Shown in pieces: positions 61,063 to 64,000 of a stretch of 64,000 bases of DNA. The notes beneath the pieces were generated by a model, which saw nothing but the letters and a program-made list of their open reading frames with translations, was not told the DNA's origin and searched no databases. Location: contig NC_058368.1 of the NCBI RefSeq assembly GCF_018350175.1, forward strand, positions 194,868,001 to 194,932,000. Reading direction: 5' to 3'. Each line of letters starts with the position of its first letter. The stretch's first letter is position 1. The translations under genes and the position numbers were made by a program. The DNA is from Felis catus (Eukaryota).

Positions 61063-64000
61063 GTATGCAATTTTCTACTGACCACATCGCTGTAATGGAA
61101 ATGGGGGAAAGGAGCACTGAGGCTGACTCTGTCCGTTACCCCTTCATTTTGGGGGGAAGGGGCTGCTGTATACCGCTGTAATCGGGTCCTTCCATCCCCC
61201 GCTCCCCCACCCCACCCCTCCCGCAGGGTGTCTGGCTTGTGCGTGGAGGTCTGAGACAGTCGCTGCTCTAGCAGCTGTTTGCCTGTTTTTTTGTGATTTG
61301 TTTGTCCTTCCATCTGCTATACCCCCGCCCCATCACTGGCCCCCAGCCCCTCTGCATATTGGTTTTCACTGGGCTGAGGACTTTAAGGGGAAGCTTTTGG
61401 AGTTACTCAGTTTAATTAGGACTGCATTCTCTCTAACCGCAGTGCCGAAAACCTCAGCTCTCCCGTCTGGGAGCCAAGTGACAACTAGCGGTGACGGGGA
61501 AGGTTGCACTCGAGCTCACTGGACACAGAACATTTCATTTTCTCTCCTTTTTTGTTGTTGTTTTCTTTTTCTGCGTGGGGCGGGGGGGGGGGGGAGTAGG
61601 CTGAGGCTTAGTGCTTGGAAACAATAGTGTTATGACCTCAGGTTGTAAAGCCCTGAACTTGGGTGCAGAGTGGATCTACTTAGGAACAGATTCTGGGAAA
61701 GATTTCCCTTTAGAAACTTTGACTCCCTCCTCTCACCCACTCACCTTTCCAAACTCTTACTTTGTTAGCTGCAGATCCTGAACTGATGGACAATTCTTGT
61801 TTGTTTTGTTTAATTTATGTCCGTCCCTGAATCTGTAGCTGAGTTCCCTCATCCGTTATCTCTTCAGGTTAAAATTTTCTGCCTACAGGCTTAGCATTCT
61901 ATGTTAGTACAAGTGAAAAGTGAAAAATCACCCTCTTCAGGAAGCATTGAAATAGATAGTTCTTTTGTAAGTGGGTGAATCAGCCATCGTCAGAGATGGT
62001 TATGATAAATTCCATTTATATGAATTGAAAAAAATTATTCTTCCTCCATGACCCGCAGGGATCATTAATCTTCCTCATTTTAGATACCTGCCTCTCATGT
62101 TTTACCATGGCACTGTATTAACAGCCATTTGAAAAGCCCACTCTAGGTTATTTTTAAAAATAAGTAACCACCAAATATTATTCTCTCCCATCATAAACCA
62201 GCAACTAATTATTGCTTTTCCTTTTAACATTGTGGAGAATACTGCATATGAATTGGTTTGACTAACCTGTCGGTTGGTTTATTAAATGAATGACTCCTCC
62301 CCCAACCCCGGATTATAAGGGTCTATATGTGAACCTCTCTTCATGTCTTTCTCTTGAGATGGAGAAAAGACCCCCTCCTTCCCTGAGATACCCAACGCTA
62401 AAGCTTCTAATCTCTAGTTCAAATAATTCTTTGATAGGCCATAGTCCTGCCCACAGCTCAGAATGCAAATGGTCAGGGAGTCAGATAGAATGAAAAAGTG
62501 CAACAATCCAGGGCCCTGTGAAATGTAGCTACTTTATGGAGGAAGGGGCAGGAAGTATCCTCTTAATATCAAATCCTTTCTCCCCTACATACATATAGAA
62601 CTGTAAAATGCCGCGGAGGTGGGGTACTTGGTAACATTTGTATGCAAATTGATTCTCTGTTTGGCTTACCGAGACAGAACTGAACCAGAAAGATTAAAGA
62701 GCAAATTAATAGGACCAAGCACATCACCTCCCCCCATCCCGCCACCACACACACACACCCGACTCCTTTTTTATTGATGAACAGTACATTTGATTTTCTT
62801 CTCCCCGACATTGTCTTTCACAAAAGGGAGACACGGTCTAAAAGGTTTGCATTGTAATCATTTCGAGAAGGTGATGAATCCACTGTGCTAATTCTTTAAG
62901 TAAACTGGTGGTAGCCCATCAGGAAACATCACTCTACATCTCCTTCCCCTACATGTGTCAAGGCATATCTGAGCTACAATGTGTATGGGATTCTGTGTTT
63001 ATAAGGAAAGAAAAGTCATGACTCTGGAGAGCTGGGAAGGGATTGGTACCACTGCACTTTCAAAATATAGGAATGACTACATCATCTGAGGAGTCAATGT
63101 TGTTTCAGAACTGTTCTGAAACGTAAAATAATGAAGCTAGGAATTGAACTCAGGAAATACCCTCAGCAATTTTTCAGAGAGATTGGAAAAAAAAGGTCAA
63201 AAGGAGGGAAAGTATTATCCTTGTGTCATTGGCACTTTCATTTCTAACTCTCTCATTTTTTAAATTTTAGGTGAAAATACAGAAGCATTAAAATCTGGGG
63301 ACTCAATAGAATTGTATGTGGGGGTAAATGGAGACTGGCAGCCTAGCAGGTTCCATGTGAATAACCCTTTCTCCCCCAAGGGACAGGCACCGTATTGGAA
63401 TGAGCCAATCCAATCATCTCAGGCACCCAGGTACTACTTAGATTAAATGATGCCAGCTGCTCACCTTGTTGGGGGAAATCTGGGGGCTAGAAAAGGAAAG
63501 GCCATCAATAACAGAAGTGCTGCTGCATTAGTACATAACCAGCGAAATGGCCATAATGACAGTAAACAGTAAAACAAAACAGCAGTCGAAGTGAGGCAGA
63601 AATCTCATATGGTGCCAACACAGAGAACGCATTGAGGCCTTCAAAAGAGCTGACGGGGAGAGAGACATAGGGTACTGGGACCCAAACAGCATTGCAGTGC
63701 TCATCAACTGTGACCCCATAAGTAAAATGAGGTGATTTGGCTGAAGTTCCTCCTTTGGTATTTTAAAAGCCTATGGTTCTAAAACCATGAGTGACATCCT
63801 AGGATTCGATAACCTAAATTTTGTCTCTTTGTTTGCAGTTGGAGATGGGGCTTCATAGCCAGACTGGCCAAAAATAATAGACAAAGATATGGTTTTTGGG
63901 GGGTTTTTTGATGGTAGAAGCACATTCCTTTCAACCTCCTTTGCAAGCCAAAGGGAACTTGCTTTGATTCACAGAACGCTTACCTTCTAGCTTATGGCTG
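61063..64000 (+). other. GLRA1: GLRA1 intron 1 (5' part)
   Basis: Begins at the GT donor after exon 1. I did not find exon 2 sequence (LAASKEAEAARS...) in the rest of the window. Confidence 0.85.

Noticed and set aside
60978..61181. ORF overlapping GLRA1 exon 1 (DYKAQGPEK...)
   Set aside because: GTG start, out of frame with GLRA1 and running into the intron; no support for translation.

Overview
Mammalian genomic DNA, almost certainly from a felid: it carries many CAN-SINE/SINEC_Fc-type SINEs and cat-type L1 3' ends. About 59 kb is repeat-rich intergenic sequence upstream of GLRA1 (glycine receptor alpha-1). The CpG-rich promoter, a near-perfect REST/RE1 site and coding exon 1 (61007-61062, +) of GLRA1 lie at the right end, followed by the start of intron 1. 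About 7-11 kb upstream of GLRA1, a decayed ancient L1 hosts nested insertions. These include two processed pseudogenes of mitochondrial proteins: a full-length BAK1 retrocopy (three nonsense codons, no frameshift, poly-A and TSD) and a COA5 retrocopy broken across three frames, so no single ORF shows it. Other structures are a 5'-inverted (twin-primed) L1, a candidate L1 3' transduction, a solo LTR, a Tigger-like transposon with a compound microsatellite, and several candidate enhancers. I see no evidence of a new multi-gene system. Nearly all ORFs in the supplied track are repeat-derived or spurious. Gene and repeat-family identifications come from recalled reference sequences, not database searches. 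Repeat boundaries are approximate unless a TSD is given.
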